Notes under the pieces: model-generated
The model's database searches: none
Told to the model about the DNA's origin: nothing
What the model saw: only the letters and a program-made list of their open reading frames with translations
Origin: Felis catus
Taxonomy: Eukaryota
Direction of reading: 5' to 3'
Assembly (NCBI RefSeq): GCF_018350175.1
Contig: NC_058383.1
Span: forward strand, 29,328,001-29,392,000
DNA length: 64,000 bases
Shown: piece by piece, positions 12,701 to 25,800 of the stretch
Position numbering within the stretch: position 1 is the first letter of the stretch
Layout of the letters: each line of letters starts with the position of its first letter
Program-made: the position numbers and the translations under genes

Positions 12701-13783
12701 TCGCACCTTTTTTTACAGTTTGTCTTGTGAGGCCAATGTAAATGTCCCTTTCTCCTGATAACTGAGGGAAATGAGAGACGAGGTATTTTCATTTTTACCC
12801 ATGTTTCCTGGAAAATGCATACTGAGGATGGAGATCTAGAAGTTTCCTTGTGTACATAATTAAAGTTCACTATGGATGTCTTGCTGTGGATTCAGTCTCA
12901 GAAGCTGTCAGAAGTCACTTCCTTCTGTCTCTCTCAACTGGGCTCAGACTTTGGAAACATGTTCCTTCTCCACAGTTGTTGGTCACCAAGACCTTTAAGT
13001 GTCTTGGAAACATCTCTCATCTGTTCTTTCCTTCCCCTTATCAATGCCCTCATCTTCTCACATCTCCTTTATTGTGAAATGTCTGTCTTGCCTGCTGCCA
13101 GACTCCCCTCCGTGACCAGCATCTCACTGTCCTTTCGTGCACTGTGGCGTCACCACTACAGCCCTCTGAATCACCTACCACGTCAAGATTCAAGGCTGCC
13201 CGGCTTCAGATTCCTCTGGACAGCGGCTCTACTCAGTTTTGTCTTCCACTTTTCATCCCGTTCCTTATTCAGGCTATTCTCCCCGTCATCCCATCAACAG
13301 GCATGGCCCGCTCCTTCCTCTGTTCTCGCACGGGGGGGGGGGGGGGGGGGTCACTCTCCTTTGCGTGAAAGGGCCCCGCCCAAGTTTCGGGCTCTTTCCC
13401 ACAGAGGTATCCTGCCTGCTTTCATAAAGCTTTCCTTGACCACTCCGGCTTCTCCACTCATCCCCCCGCACCCCGCCTTCTTTAAGCTGTTTATAACAAG
13501 ACTCTCGCTCCTTACGCTTTTCTCGCGGCGCCTAATACTACATGGCAAACAACAGGCAGATCTCTCCTGGGCGAGTAATTGTGACGAGGCACCGCTACCG
13601 TGAAAGGTCAAGGTTCGGAACCTATCTTGGAGGACAAACCCTGGACTCACTGGCACGAGGGCAAGACGCCGCGGGACGGGCTTCGAGGACCAGGCAGTGA
13701 GACCGATCGCTGAGCGCAAGCGCCCCACGACATCCACCCCCTAGGAACCAGGGACGTGGCCCGCGCCGCCCCCGGCCCCGTAC

Positions 13784-14031
13784 TTGAGCGGCGCGGGCAG
13801 GATGGTCTGGTAGTTGTAGTGCTGCTGCTGCTGGCTCAGGATCTGGAGCTGCAGGAACAGCTGCTGCTGCTGGAGCAGGCGGGCGTAGTTGGAGTCCATC
13901 TGGGGCTCGCTCTTCTCCCCCTTCTGATCGGGCGGGATGTACTGGTGGTACTTGAGCTTCTTCACCCGCGGCTTGGGATCTTTGCACTTCTTGCCCCGGT
14001 GTTTGTCGTTAGGGTTCTTGGGATGGCTTTG
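13784..14031 (-). CDS. MRTFB: MRTFB exon H, B1 basic SRF-binding region and Q-rich region (QSHPKNPNDKHRGKKCKDPKPRVKKLKYHQYIPPDQK...YNYQTILPAPLK)
   Basis: Acceptor aaaacag|CAA, donor AA|gtacgg, 248 nt, phase 0 to 2. Confidence 0.96.
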
Positions 14032-14212
14032 CTGTTTTCAAGAGAGAGACAGGAGCATTTTAAGAGGCGCCATCACACGCGGCCTGTTCTACCGTGTGCC
14101 TGAATGCTCTGACGGTGACGTCAAAGAGCAAGGTGCCTCAGAAATTGGCGTAGCCGCTTCTGAAAGCAGTCCGCCGAATACGCTGCCAGAGCTACGGAAG
14201 CGTGGGTCTACC

Positions 14213-14414
14213 TCCCTGGGCCGAGCAATCCGGCGCCTGGGGCTCAGCCGGTTGAGCTTCCGACTCTCGATTTCGCCCCAGGTCATGATCTCACGGTTTG
14301 TGGGTTCGAGCCCGCGTCAGACGCTGAGCGGACAGCGCAGGGCCTGTTTGGGACTCTCTGCCTCTCCCTTGCTCACACCTTCTCTCTCAAAATAAATAAA
14401 CTTAAAAAAAAAAA
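14213..14414 (+). mobile_element. Diverged Can-SINE
   Basis: caggtcatgatctcacggtttgtgggttcgagccc core, CT tract and A tail. Confidence 0.8.
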
Positions 14415-16335
14415 TCTGGCTCCTAAGAACTTACTTTCTCCTGTTCCTTGTTTTCTTACAGTAGGGGAAGGATATACTCCACTGAGCATTATCTATTCAA
14501 GTTCAACAAAGTTACTTTGGGTTTCTTGTTTAGACACACTTGTGTCTATTGTCTCCTAGTGAAAAAGAGGCTGTACGCCAAACATACAAATGGGAAAGGA
14601 TTAGGTATGCTTCCCCCTGTGTCCTGTCTTGCAGTCATTAAAAATATACTCTACAGAGACTATGTAAAAACAGAAGAGTGCTTCTAATGGAACAAAGCAG
14701 ACTATAAAGTTGTGTGTTTCTAAGGAAAACACAAACACACACAAAAAATACTGCAGTCTCACAATATTCATCAATTCACTGTCATCTGCTTATCGTGTTA
14801 TCGACAACAGATTTTACTTCTGGCCATTTCCAAGTGATTGTACCAATGAACGGGGTGTGAGTTAAGGAGGCTGGACTCTAATTGTTATGTAATGATACAA
14901 GTGACTCGGCCAATCAGGAAGGCACCTGTTGGTAAGGGAGGGGGGCAGGCACGTAAGAACCACTGTTCCTCAGACGAAATCTGCTCTTATTTCTTCACTG
15001 GCACATGCTCTCAGGAAGGGAGGGCGGGAAACAGCTTTCTTCACAAAAACCCAAAGAACTGTGGTCTCTTTCCCAGTACGTACCTGTCTTCTCCTCTACT
15101 AGCAGAGTCCTAGGATCGCCTACCCAGCCTCTGAATGTCACATTCTTAAAGGATGCCTTTTGCCCCAGAATCAAAGCCCTCCTTAAAGAGGCACTCACTA
15201 GTGAAGAGGAGAAATTCAGAGGAGAGGCGAGGCAGAGACCTCTTAGGATCCACAGGGAAAGACGCACTGGCATTCAAACAGTCTTTGTGCCATCAGTGGT
15301 ACGTGTTTGCGGACGTGGGCAGAGGGGTGCGAGCAGGCATTAGCTCAGCTGCCGCTTGCCACACTCTGGAATTTCGGGCTCCAAGAAGAAGTGATGGAAG
15401 GTGCTGAGATGCACTGATCTGTGCCCTGAAGCCACAAACGCTGGGCCACCCTGACAAAGAGAGGCTGGAATAGAAACAGAGCCTTCTCTGCAGGAGGGCT
15501 GAGGACCAGGAGAGTGCCAGAGGGTAGCCGGAAGAAGCGAGGAATCCGCCCCAGGTACCTCCCCCGGGAGAGCGCAGCCCTGTGTTCACCCGGAGGCAGA
15601 AAGAAGGCTCCCCAACCCTTCAGGGTCCTTCCTGGCCTTGTGACTTCTTCGGGCCTCACTTCCTCATCTGGTAGGTGCAGAGAGGGTCAGCTAGCTCTCT
15701 GATGTCCTTTTTTAGTTCTAAAAGTTTGAGATCAGGGTTCTGCTGCTTTTGGCAAAAGCTGTATTGGAACTGTTTAGACTATTCCTCTGTTTATCCCCCC
15801 CTTTATTTAGCAGCTCTAAATGGACTTAAAAAAATTTTTTTAAGCCTACTATATATTAAAATTTTTAATCTTCCTTGGGGCCTATTCTAACTGAATTGTT
15901 TCACCAAGTAAAATTTAGGGAACAGTGCCACCAACGTGCAGCTTCTCGGAAGAACAAAACGAGCTTCAGCGGGCCAAATCTGCTAAAGCAAAAAACGCAG
16001 CCTCCTGTCTGAAGCCTCTGACCTGTCATGTGATACATCTGGAGTACCAGTGAGCTTGACCTTGTGTATAAACTCCAAAATTACGTTGCCATTAAAGATG
16101 TCTGTTCGTGAGGGGCGTGACTCCCCAGTGCTGTATCCTACTCTCTATCCTACTCTCCTCCCAGTGTGTCTTTCATGTCAGCAGCCTGGATGGAAGCAGG
16201 ATTGGGAACCGCCGACAAAATGTACCCTCAAGCCTTTCCGTGTGGCTCTGGGAGTTTTCTAGAGACCAAATTTTGTGCAGTTCTTTGGTGACTACAGAAC
16301 AACAGAGCATCTGCTGAAGGTGGTGGTTTCCAATA

Positions 16336-16560
16336 TTTTTTTTTTCAATTTTTTTTTTTAACGTTTATTTATTTTTGAGACAGAGAGAGACAGAGCATGA
16401 ACGGGGGAGGGTCAGAGAGAGAGGGAGACAGAATCTGAAACAGGCTCCAGGCTCTGAGCAGTCAGCACAGAGCCCGACGCGGGGCTCGAACTCACGGACC
16501 GTGAGATCGTGACCTGAGCCGAAGTCGAATGCTTAACTGACTGAGCCACCCAGGCGCCCC
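16336..16560 (-). mobile_element. Can-SINE with TSD
   Basis: Full-length reverse copy; flanking tttccaatatt repeat. Confidence 0.9.
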
Positions 16561-16739
16561 AGTGATTTCCAATATTAAGGCCTGACCTAGCAAGTCTGCC
16601 GGTGGGTTTTGTCTTCAAGGCTTCATTCAGGCTGAAAGGCAGGCTAGGAGGTGCAGAAACGTGCCTTTGTGTTCCCCGCATGGGCCACAGACGCGCCGCG
16701 AGTAAACCAACCTCACACCGGCGTGTGCCGGGAACCCAC

Positions 16740-16874
16740 CTTCACCAGCGACGGGCCAGGCTTTGCTGAGGACACGGTGTTTGTGGGGAGGACAGGAGCG
16801 GGGGACCTGGTCGGGGGCTGATCCGGAGCAGGAGTTTTCAAGAATTCAGGAACTGCTGGGGACACTGAAGTAAA
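16740..16874 (-). CDS. MRTFB: MRTFB exon G (FTSVSPAVPEFLKTPAPDQPPTRSPAPVLPTNTVSSAKPGPSLVK)
   Basis: Tandem acceptor ttttcCAGCAG|TTT, donor AAG|gtgggt, 135 nt, phase 0 to 0 (138 nt if the upstream CAG is used). Confidence 0.93.
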
Positions 16875-18241
16875 CTGCTGGAAAAGGCGGAAAGAGAACA
16901 AGCGTGTGAACTCGATGGCATAAAATTAGAAAAACCAGAATTATAAGGGAATGACCTCATTTTCTGAACGTCCCCTAGGAAAGAAACAAAAGAAAAATAT
17001 ACTATTGTGTCTGAGACCCAGATGGCAGAATAACAGGCTTTACGTCAACGGACCCAAGTATTTAGTCTTTGCCCCAATGGCAATGAAAAGCAAACGCTAA
17101 ATAAGGTAATTCGATTGACTACACCCTAGTAGTGTTTTCTCAGAAATACGGTCAGAACCGCCCTTTTTTTGGCAGAAGCGAAGTCCAAGACTCTTGCAGA
17201 AATGATCAGAACGGTACGTGATACTTGTGAAGTTTTCTTGCTGTATAGATCACAGTAATGCCGGCTGATTTAAACGTGGCATTTACTTTCCCTTACAGGC
17301 CCCATCAGTCCCCTCCAGCATACCCCAGATCCACGGCCTGGCAGCATTCAGTAAGCAAGCTGCCACTCCCTGGAGGCCCCTCCACACACATGTGCTTTAC
17401 AGCTTATGTCCCAGGGTCCGAGCCCAACTAGCACTCTCTTTAACCATTTCCCCCATTTCCCACAACAGTTGGGCATCTGAACAATGTATTATTCTAAGAC
17501 GGCCTTGTTTGACTGAGGGCACTCTCACACCCAAAGCAAGAAGCTAATTTATTACCGAGGTCAAACAAGTAATAACCACTAAACCTGGGTGTGGTGTCAT
17601 ATACTAACAGAGGAAGCTACCAAAGGCTTTCATAGCTTTTATCAACAGCCTAAGAGCCTATTTCTGCTGACACTCTACTTTAAGTAGATTTTAAGTATTC
17701 ACTTACTAGGAAGAGATATTAATTACTACTCTCACAAATCAGTTAAATGTTGCACAGCAATTACTACATGGACTTAACTATTATCAGCCTTAATTTAAGA
17801 AAAAAAATCTCTTCCTTTATCACTCTGCTGCCCTGCCCACAACTCTCAAATTCATTACAAGAATCAAAATCAGTTCTTTTGCTGATGTACTTGGGTTTAA
17901 GAATAGCAGACTGTATTTTCCTTCCTTAAAATAAATGACCTGAGAGCTCAGAGGCTATTCAGCAGCAAGAAATATGAAGCTTGGCACATACTAGTTATTC
18001 AATAAATATTTGTTTAATGGGTGAATGGAAATTCCTTGTGGCTTTACTCATGCTGGGTCACACTCTCAAGGCCGGCTGAGACCGTGAGGATGTGTGTGAG
18101 TGTGCAATGAACTGTGCGTGCCCATGACGGCTCTCTCCCTAAGCATGGTTTTCCTTTCGCCACTGATTTCCACTTGTAAATAATTACTACTAACAGTGAG
18201 GGTTGACAATAAAAAGACGTGACTTTTGAAAGATGGCTATA

Positions 18242-18687
18242 CGGTAACCCCCTTACCCACGGTTTATCTTTTTGCAGCTTCAGTGACCCATGGGCAACTG
18301 TGGTCCTGAAGGAGACGATCGCCTCTGACATAGGGTCACAAGGTCAATGACAGCTTAACCCTACATTGCAGGCCTTTGTCATTCACCTCACTTCATCTCC
18401 TCATGGAGGCATTTTTATCATCTCACATCATCAGAGGAAGAAGGGAGTGTACAATCATGAGATATTTTGAGAGTGGAAGCCCACATTCACATAACTTTTA
18501 TTACACTTATAACTGTCCTATTTTTACAGTCGTTAATCTCTTACTGTGCCTCCTTTATAAATTAAACTTTACATTGGTATGTACATATAGGAAAAAACCA
18601 GGGTATACAGTGTTCTGTGCTGTCAGCGGTTTCAGACACCCCCTGGGCTCTGGGAATGCATCCCCTGTGGGTAAGGGGAGAACACTG
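18242..18687 (+). mobile_element. MER44/Tigger7-like non-autonomous DNA transposon
   Basis: Imperfect inverted ends (ccccttacccacgg ... ctgtgggtaagggg) and internal sequence resembling MER44 from memory. Confidence 0.7.
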
Positions 18688-18995
18688 CACTTGATTTCAT
18701 TCAAAGAGAAGTGAAAGAAACGAACTTCTCCAGGAGTCTCGACACCTGTACTCCAGGCTGACTTCTGCCCCCAAATGGCCCTGAGACAGCCGCTTCCTTA
18801 ACGAACCTCTGACATGAAGGGAAGATGATGGCCAGCTAAGTCACTGCTTTAAGGATATGGTTTTAAATTATTTGTTTTCCTCTCCCTTTGCACATTTTTT
18901 GGAAGTGAGGATATTTATCTCTGGGTCAATTTTCCCATAGGGAAAAACATTCCTTGGCTGTTAAATAATTGGCATATGAAGTAGAATCACATATT

Positions 18996-19102
18996 TGTGT
19001 GTGTGTGTGTATAATATATATGTATATGTATATATGTATATATATAGTATATTTAAAAATTGTATATACATAGGTGTGTATATTCATATGGGTGTGTGTG
19101 TG
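18996..19102. repeat. Compound (GT)/(TA) low-complexity repeat
   Basis: Visible gtgtgt and tatata/tgtata runs. Confidence 0.85.
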
Positions 19103-19135
19103 TTTTGTTCCTTGCAGATAAATTCTACTAACCCA

Positions 19136-19349
19136 GGGGCACCTGGGTGGCGCAGTCGGTTAAGCGTCCCGACTTCAGCCAGGTCACGATCTCGCGGTCC
19201 ATGAGTTCGAGCCCCGCGTCGGGCTCTGGACTGATGGCTCAGAGCCTGGAGCCTGTTTCCGATTCTGTGTCTCCCTCTCTCTCTGCCCCTCCCCCGTTCA
19301 TGCTCTGTCTCTCTCTGTCCCAAAAATAAATAAACGTTGAAAAAAAAAA
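19136..19349 (+). mobile_element. Young Can-SINE with TSD
   Basis: Near-consensus copy; TSD aaattctactaacc. Confidence 0.93.
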
Positions 19350-19505
19350 TTCTACTAACCTGGCAAGCTATTTTCCCCCCATCCCCCCAATGACTAATGC
19401 GATTGCAGTGATGCATTTGACAGCTGTCAGTGTTAATAATCTGGAAAATAATCCAGTAGCATAATGTGCTATCAATTATAATATTTATGAAAATGTTTCT
19501 CCTGT

Positions 19506-19732
19506 ATTTTTTTTTAATTTTTTTTTTCAATGTTTATTTATTTTTGGGACAGAGAGAGACAGAGCATGAACGGGGGAGGGGCAGAGAGAGAGAGGGAGAC
19601 ACAGAATCAGAAACAGGCTCCAGGCTCTGAGCCATCAGCCCAGAGCCCGATGCGGGGCTCGAACTCACAGACCGCGAGATCGTGACCTGGCTGAAGTCGG
19701 ACGCTTAACCGACTGCGCCACCCAGGTGCCCC
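19506..19732 (-). mobile_element. Young Can-SINE with TSD
   Basis: Near-consensus reverse copy; TSD tctcctgtattt. Confidence 0.93.
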
Positions 19733-21025
19733 TCTCCTGTATTTCTAAGACCTTGTCTAACTGACTTCAGCCTTGATTACAGATACTCTCATCTTACTAG
19801 CTCTTTTCAGTGTGACTCTGCTACCCAGAAAACCAGAGGCCCTCCCACCCCCCACCCCAGCATTAACACAAGAATGACCCAACTGAGATACGGTGATTAT
19901 TCACATTACCTTATCTGATGATAAATTCTGGTTAAAATGGGAGAAACGTCTAAACTCTTCTTTATATTTGCCAGTCTTTGTTATGTGCCTTAGAAATGAC
20001 CCCTTAAATAACCTTACATCCTAGCTAGACGTTAGGATCCTAGTGACTAGAGTTCCCCAAAAATCGAGCTATCAGTACTTCTGAAATGACAGTATTCCAA
20101 AAAAGATGAAAACCATATTCAAGCCATAAAGGACACCACACTTATTTTACCCCATCATAAAGTAAGCAGTATGTTAAAATCTTAAAAAGAATACTTCAAA
20201 TGTTTAAATTTCCACTGGCACCTAAGGTCACCTTTTGTACTTTCAAAATTTAATCTCAAATGATTCGGAATCTTTTCTCCAAGGAAACAAAAGAGCTGCA
20301 AGCTTTGCTCTGTTTTATTCGATCTGAGTGCCGTTCCCAAGCTACAGGTCTCATGACCGCCAATTCTTCAACTGTCATCATGACACCGTGACAGACAGTG
20401 TCAGGAAAACACTGTTGTCTAATGAGGGATACTTAGGCTTTAAACAAAACCGAAAAGATTCAGTCTTTGAATCCTCAAGACTGACTTTTCTCTTCTTAGA
20501 AATTGCTAAGGGTAAGTTCTGCTACCAAAGAAAAAAATAAGTCAAGGTAAATGTTTAAGTTGATTAAAATTTTATAATGTATCAGGTGTCTGCACTGGTT
20601 CCTTCCGAAAAGATGATACACTTGTCAAGGACCAATCACTGTTCTCTGGTAAGTTCCTTTTTTATTAGATTTCTTTATGCGATCCAGAGGGGCAGAAACT
20701 AGATATTTAAAAACAAAGTTTTTTTGGACTGGAGATTTTAAGTCTAAAATACATGTGTTTTTAATTTAGGATACAGCACAGATCTTAATTAAGATGGGAA
20801 TATGCAAATAAGAAATTCAAAATGCAATTATTCTTTAAATATTGTTTCCATACTCTGATCCCCAGACAAATAAAACAAATGCTAGTCAATGAATGGGCTG
20901 AATACAAATCAAAAACACATGCTTTGTATATTTAATAGATGGATATTTAATGTAAATTCTAGTTTTGCTAAAATATATCACAGCACTGACCACTTTATGT
21001 AATACACAGTTACAAGTTAAGATAT

Positions 21026-21224
21026 TTCATTTTTTTAAGTTTTTATTTATTTGTTTTGAGAGAAAGAGAAAGCGTGAGCTGGGAAGGGCAGAGAGAATCC
21101 CAAGCGGGTTCTGTGCTGTCAGCACAGAGCCTGACTTGGGGCTCGATCTCATGAACAGTGAAATCATGACATGAGCCAAAATTAAGAGTCGGACGCTTAA
21201 CTGACTGAGCCACCTGGGTGCCCC
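21026..21224 (-). mobile_element. Can-SINE
   Basis: Reverse copy with T-rich tail and tRNA-derived head. Confidence 0.85.
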
Positions 21225-21397
21225 TAGGCCTTTTATTTTTAGAACAAGGAGTTGAACATTAATATTTTGGCACAATATCTAGTGAACATTTGGTTGGTAC
21301 ATTTGACCTGGTTAGTAAAGAGGATCTGCATGTATCCCTCATTTAAAAAATCTATTATTTAAAAAGATTGTGGTAAAATACATATAAGTTACCATTT

Positions 21398-21600
21398 AGG
21401 GGCACCTGGGTGGCTCAGTCGGTTAAGCTTCCAACTTCAGCCCCAGTAATGATCATGCAGTTTGTGAGTCCCAGCTCCGCATTGGACTCTGTGCTGATAG
21501 CTTGGAGCCTGGAGCCTGCTTTGGATTCTGTCTCTCTCTCTCTGCCCCTCTCCTGCTCGCGCTCTCTCTCTCAAAAATGAATAAACATTAAACAAAATTT
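21398..21600 (+). mobile_element. Can-SINE
   Basis: Forward copy; flanking aagttaccattta repeat. Confidence 0.88.
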
Positions 21601-21640
21601 TTTTTTAAGTTACCATTTAAACCATCTGATGTATTAAAAA

Positions 21641-21866
21641 ATTTTTTTTAATGTTTATTTTTGAGAGAGCGAGAGAGAGAGAGCGAGAGAGAGAGAGCAT
21701 GTGCAGGGGAAAGGCAGAGAGAGAGAGGGAGACACAGAATCTGATGCAGGCTCCAGGCTCCGAGCTGTCAGCACAGAGCCTGATGTGGGGCTTGAAGGCA
21801 CAAACGGCGAGATCATTACTGGAGCTGAAGCTGGATGCCTAACTGACTGAGCCACCCAGGCGCCCC
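21641..21866 (-). mobile_element. Can-SINE
   Basis: Reverse copy with an expanded GA tract. Confidence 0.88.
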
Positions 21867-21869
21867 TAA

Positions 21870-22650
21870 AGCATTTTAAAGTGTATGGTCCTATGGCATG
21901 AAGTATATTCCCACTGTTCTGTAACCATCAGTACCATCCACCTCCAGAAAAACGGAAACTCTCTTTCCATCGAACGACTCCCCATTCTCCCCTCCCACCA
22001 GCCTCTGACAACCACCATCTACTTAATGTCTATATGATTTTGACTATTCTAGCTCTTAATAAAGTGGAATCATACAACATTTTTCCTTTTGTGATCGGCT
22101 TATTTCGTTTAGCATAATGTCCTGAAGGTTCATCCATGTTATATAGCGTGGGTCGCTCAGAATCTCCCTTCTCTTTTAAGCCTCCACAACATTCTATTGC
22201 ACATACACACTGCATTCATTTGTCAGTGGCCACAAGGGTTGCTTCTACCTTTGGCTATTGTCCACAATGCTATGAACACGGCTGTACAAATACCTGCTCA
22301 AGTCCCTGCTTTCAACCCTTTGAGGCATTTACCCAGAAATGGAATTTCTGGATCATACGGTAATTCTATTTTTAGCTTTTTGAGAGAACTGCCGTACCAT
22401 TTTCTGTAGTGACTGTACCATTTCACAATCCCACCTAGAGGGCACAGGGATTCCAATTTCTCCACATCCTTACCGACGCCTGTTAATTTATCTTCTTTGG
22501 ATAGCAGCCATTCTAGTGGTGTGAGGTGATACCTCATGGTGGTTTTGATTTGCATTTGTCTAGTGATTGGTGATGTTGAGCATCTTTTCATGTGTTTATT
22601 CACCATTTGTTGATCATCTTTAGAGAAATCCCTATTCTGGTCCTTTGCAC
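21870..22650 (-). mobile_element. Old L1 3' fragment
   Basis: ORF 22298..22606 gives an L1 ORF2 C-terminal-like peptide (HMKRCSTS...[13 protein letters not shown]...[15 protein letters not shown]). Confidence 0.88.
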
Positions 22651-22651
22651 A

Positions 22652-22859
22652 TTTTATTTTTTTTAGTGTTTATTTTTGAGAGAGACACAGAGTGCGAACA
22701 GGGGAAGGGCAGAGAAAGAGGGAGACACAGAATCCGAAGCAGGCTCCAGGCTCTGAGCTGTCAGCACAGAGCCCAACGCGGGGCTCAAACTCACGAAGCA
22801 CGAGATCATGACCTGAGCTGAAGTCGGACGCTCAACCGACTGAGCCATCCAGGTGCCCC
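22652..22859 (-). mobile_element. Can-SINE
   Basis: Reverse full-length copy. Confidence 0.88.
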
Positions 22860-25800
22860 TGTATTTCTTAGAAGTAACACAAAGAACAGCTGTCATTATG
22901 AGTTATAACAGGGTGATACGGGACAATGTGCTGGAAAAGGGTCTTAAGAAGAATCTCAAACTGATGGCATAATGAGAACAAAGTTATTACTTTAAATCCT
23001 GTGCAGGTCAGAGAGATGCTCTCTTAATGACACCTGTAATACGTGTAATGTAAGTAGCTCAGCGCCTGGCCCAAATAAGTGCCCAGCAAATGTTGGCCAT
23101 TCTTTTTCATCCTCATCTCAATTATATTTGATAAACCCTAACTGATTTATGAATACAGAGGAAAGGCCTATTCTGTAGAAAGTATACTTTCCTATTGGTC
23201 ACAGGAGAACAGAGTTAGGAGCTGGGCTGGTACACAACTTCACAGTTAATGCTGGAAACCAGCTCCAAATCTAAGTCCTCTCGACATGTAAGTTACATAC
23301 AATGAGATTGGAAGGGTAACAATAGAAATTACCACCAATATCTTTGATGCCCTAATTTAGGCCTTTATTGATAAGCATTTGTAATAAAAGTTAGTTCTGT
23401 TGTAATTATTTAATGTATGTGTACATGACCTTGCTCATTTTGTGAGCTTAAACCTAAGGTGTCTATATTATGTGGGAAAGGTCGTCTAGCTAAAAGTTGC
23501 TTGATACAATGGGAAAAAAACGTACCAAGCTCCTCTAATCCCGTCTTCATGAAAGTACACAGAGGATCCGACCCACGAGGTTCCTTCTCAGCCCTACTTC
23601 CAATTCAGCACAGGAGTTGTCCCCGAAGCACAGACTTGGAAAATGTCAGGTCACACGTACAGTTAAGCATGTGGGCGCTTATAATAAACGATTAATTAAA
23701 TGGCTTAAGAAATCGCTGAGGGAGTAAAGGTCTTCAGATTAAAAGCACCAGTGCAACAGCTCCTGGTGCTCACATGTAACTAGCTGTTCTTAATTTTCTA
23801 CAGCTTTCCATTGTTCAAAAATTTCTTAGGCATAAAATAAACTGAGCTCCACCAATGTGTGATGTCTGCTCCATTAATGTTGTGGCAAGTTCCTTTCCAT
23901 GTGTACTTTGATCGGAATTGAAAAGAAAAGAGAATCATCCAAGGAAGGGCAGTGCTAGTCTCTTACAGACCACACAGAATTACATATTTCAAAGAAGAAT
24001 TTTTTTTGGTGGAATGTACATTTTGAAGGAAGGATATGCTGGATATTATGTGTTTTATTATTTTTGTTTTGTAAGGAATCTATCTTTTATCTGAATATTT
24101 TCCTGTAGGACTCAATCCTCTGGTATCTCTCCGTGTGTTTTGAGAAAGAAGTCAGGAGACAACATGCTGTAACACATTTTGGAGTTAAGCAAGCCATAAA
24201 ACAATCTTAAGCCTAATTTTCTCTAAAGTAATTATCTGTAAATATAACTTTTAAAGAACTAGAAAGAAATTCCCTACACTGGCCCTGAGATTTATATTAG
24301 GCCAAATAAAAAAACAATTGAATAGGAAAATTAGAAAAATGTGTTTTAATCATGTGATTAAATGTGTAGCGCGAAGTGATGACTAATTAACATATAAAAA
24401 AACCCTGGTTCCGGCAAACAAGAAGAAAGCGAAATCTATGACAGTTACTCTAAGTGGGGTCTATGGACTTTTGTTACCTGCCTCCTACAAGTACGGGAAG
24501 TCCCACAGAAATCTGGTGCTACCCTACTACTTTCACTGTGTTGTGCAAGAAGACTGGTCCACCATGATCTGGAAAACAAGCTATGTAAAAAACACATACT
24601 AGTCTTTCACTCCAGGCAACCTGAGGACCACTGGTCTATAGTAACAAAATTCGCCATCCGAACTCCTGCCCTGAGTTTCCATTTTAAAGACTGAAAACTA
24701 AGACACCCAAGTTATAAGCTGTCTAATGTTGTTTTGTTGTCCTGTCTTTATACGGTTTCCACAACAGGGAGGAGACTGACTTTGGGGAAGTACAGTGATA
24801 ATTCTAAAGCAGGAAAAAAGAAATTACAGAGATAATCTCCCAAGTTTTTCATTCACTCAAGCAATAAGCACTTGCCGTGTGCTGGACCCTGCATGTTCAG
24901 GATGATATCACCAAGACAGAATGAGGGGACATCCCAGCCCTTTGGAAACTCGATGTCTAATGAGAAGCAGTGTTTTCAGCTACTTTTCCCTTGAGCTACG
25001 GATGTGAAAGTAATCATGTTTAGGGAAACAAATATATTTTATATATATATGAAGTGAGATGCCTGGACAAATTCATAAACCAACACTAGAGAACAGTGAA
25101 AATAATTAAAGTACAAAATGTGCCAAAACAGACCCTAATTATCATTTCTAGATGACACAAAAATCCCGAAGACGTTATAGGCATCACAAAGTTCCCTGTG
25201 CAGTTGATTGAAAAACAACCCCCCCAAACCTACAATATACTTAGAATCCTCCTCAAGGATTATTTTTCTTCAACATCAGTAGAGCACAGTTAACAGGGAG
25301 ATGCTTCTTTAATCGAGTGAATCGAGGTGTGATATAATAATGAGAATCTTTGTGAGATTCTTTCCTTATAAATACTAACACACTTACTACAAGGGAATTT
25401 TATGAAGGACATGCCACGTAAGAAGGTCTCAAGGTTTGTGGTGCAGAAATTATGTGACAGGTAAACGTGCGGCAGGCCAGCCTGAGGTTCTAGGTTCTTC
25501 TACTTGGATGTCTATGCAGGCAGCATACCCCTCTCTGAAGTGGGGCTTCCGGCGCAGGCCGAGCCGACAGATAAAAAGCAGACTGTTAAGGGTCTGCACG
25601 TAGCAGGCAGAGCTGGGGCTGCAGCAACATCAGTGTTCTAAAAGCCAGTGTTTAAGCTCCCGATGACCCCAGGGCTTCATGTGTATTGCACTGGCAATAA
25701 ACTGACCAGACTGATTCTTCAGGAAACACTGCTATTCCTTTTTTCCTTCAAGGAATTCAGGAATGTCAGCCCACGGGGCGGGACTCTCTCTGGTTAAAGG

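Noticed and set aside
12872..13603. 243-aa plus-strand Leu/Ser-rich ORF
   Set aside because: Pyrimidine-rich degenerate L2-like sequence with a G homopolymer; the composition explains the lack of stops.
22298..22606. ORF resembling the end of a reverse-transcriptase protein
   Set aside because: Decayed L1 ORF2 C-terminal fragment, not an intact or novel retroelement.
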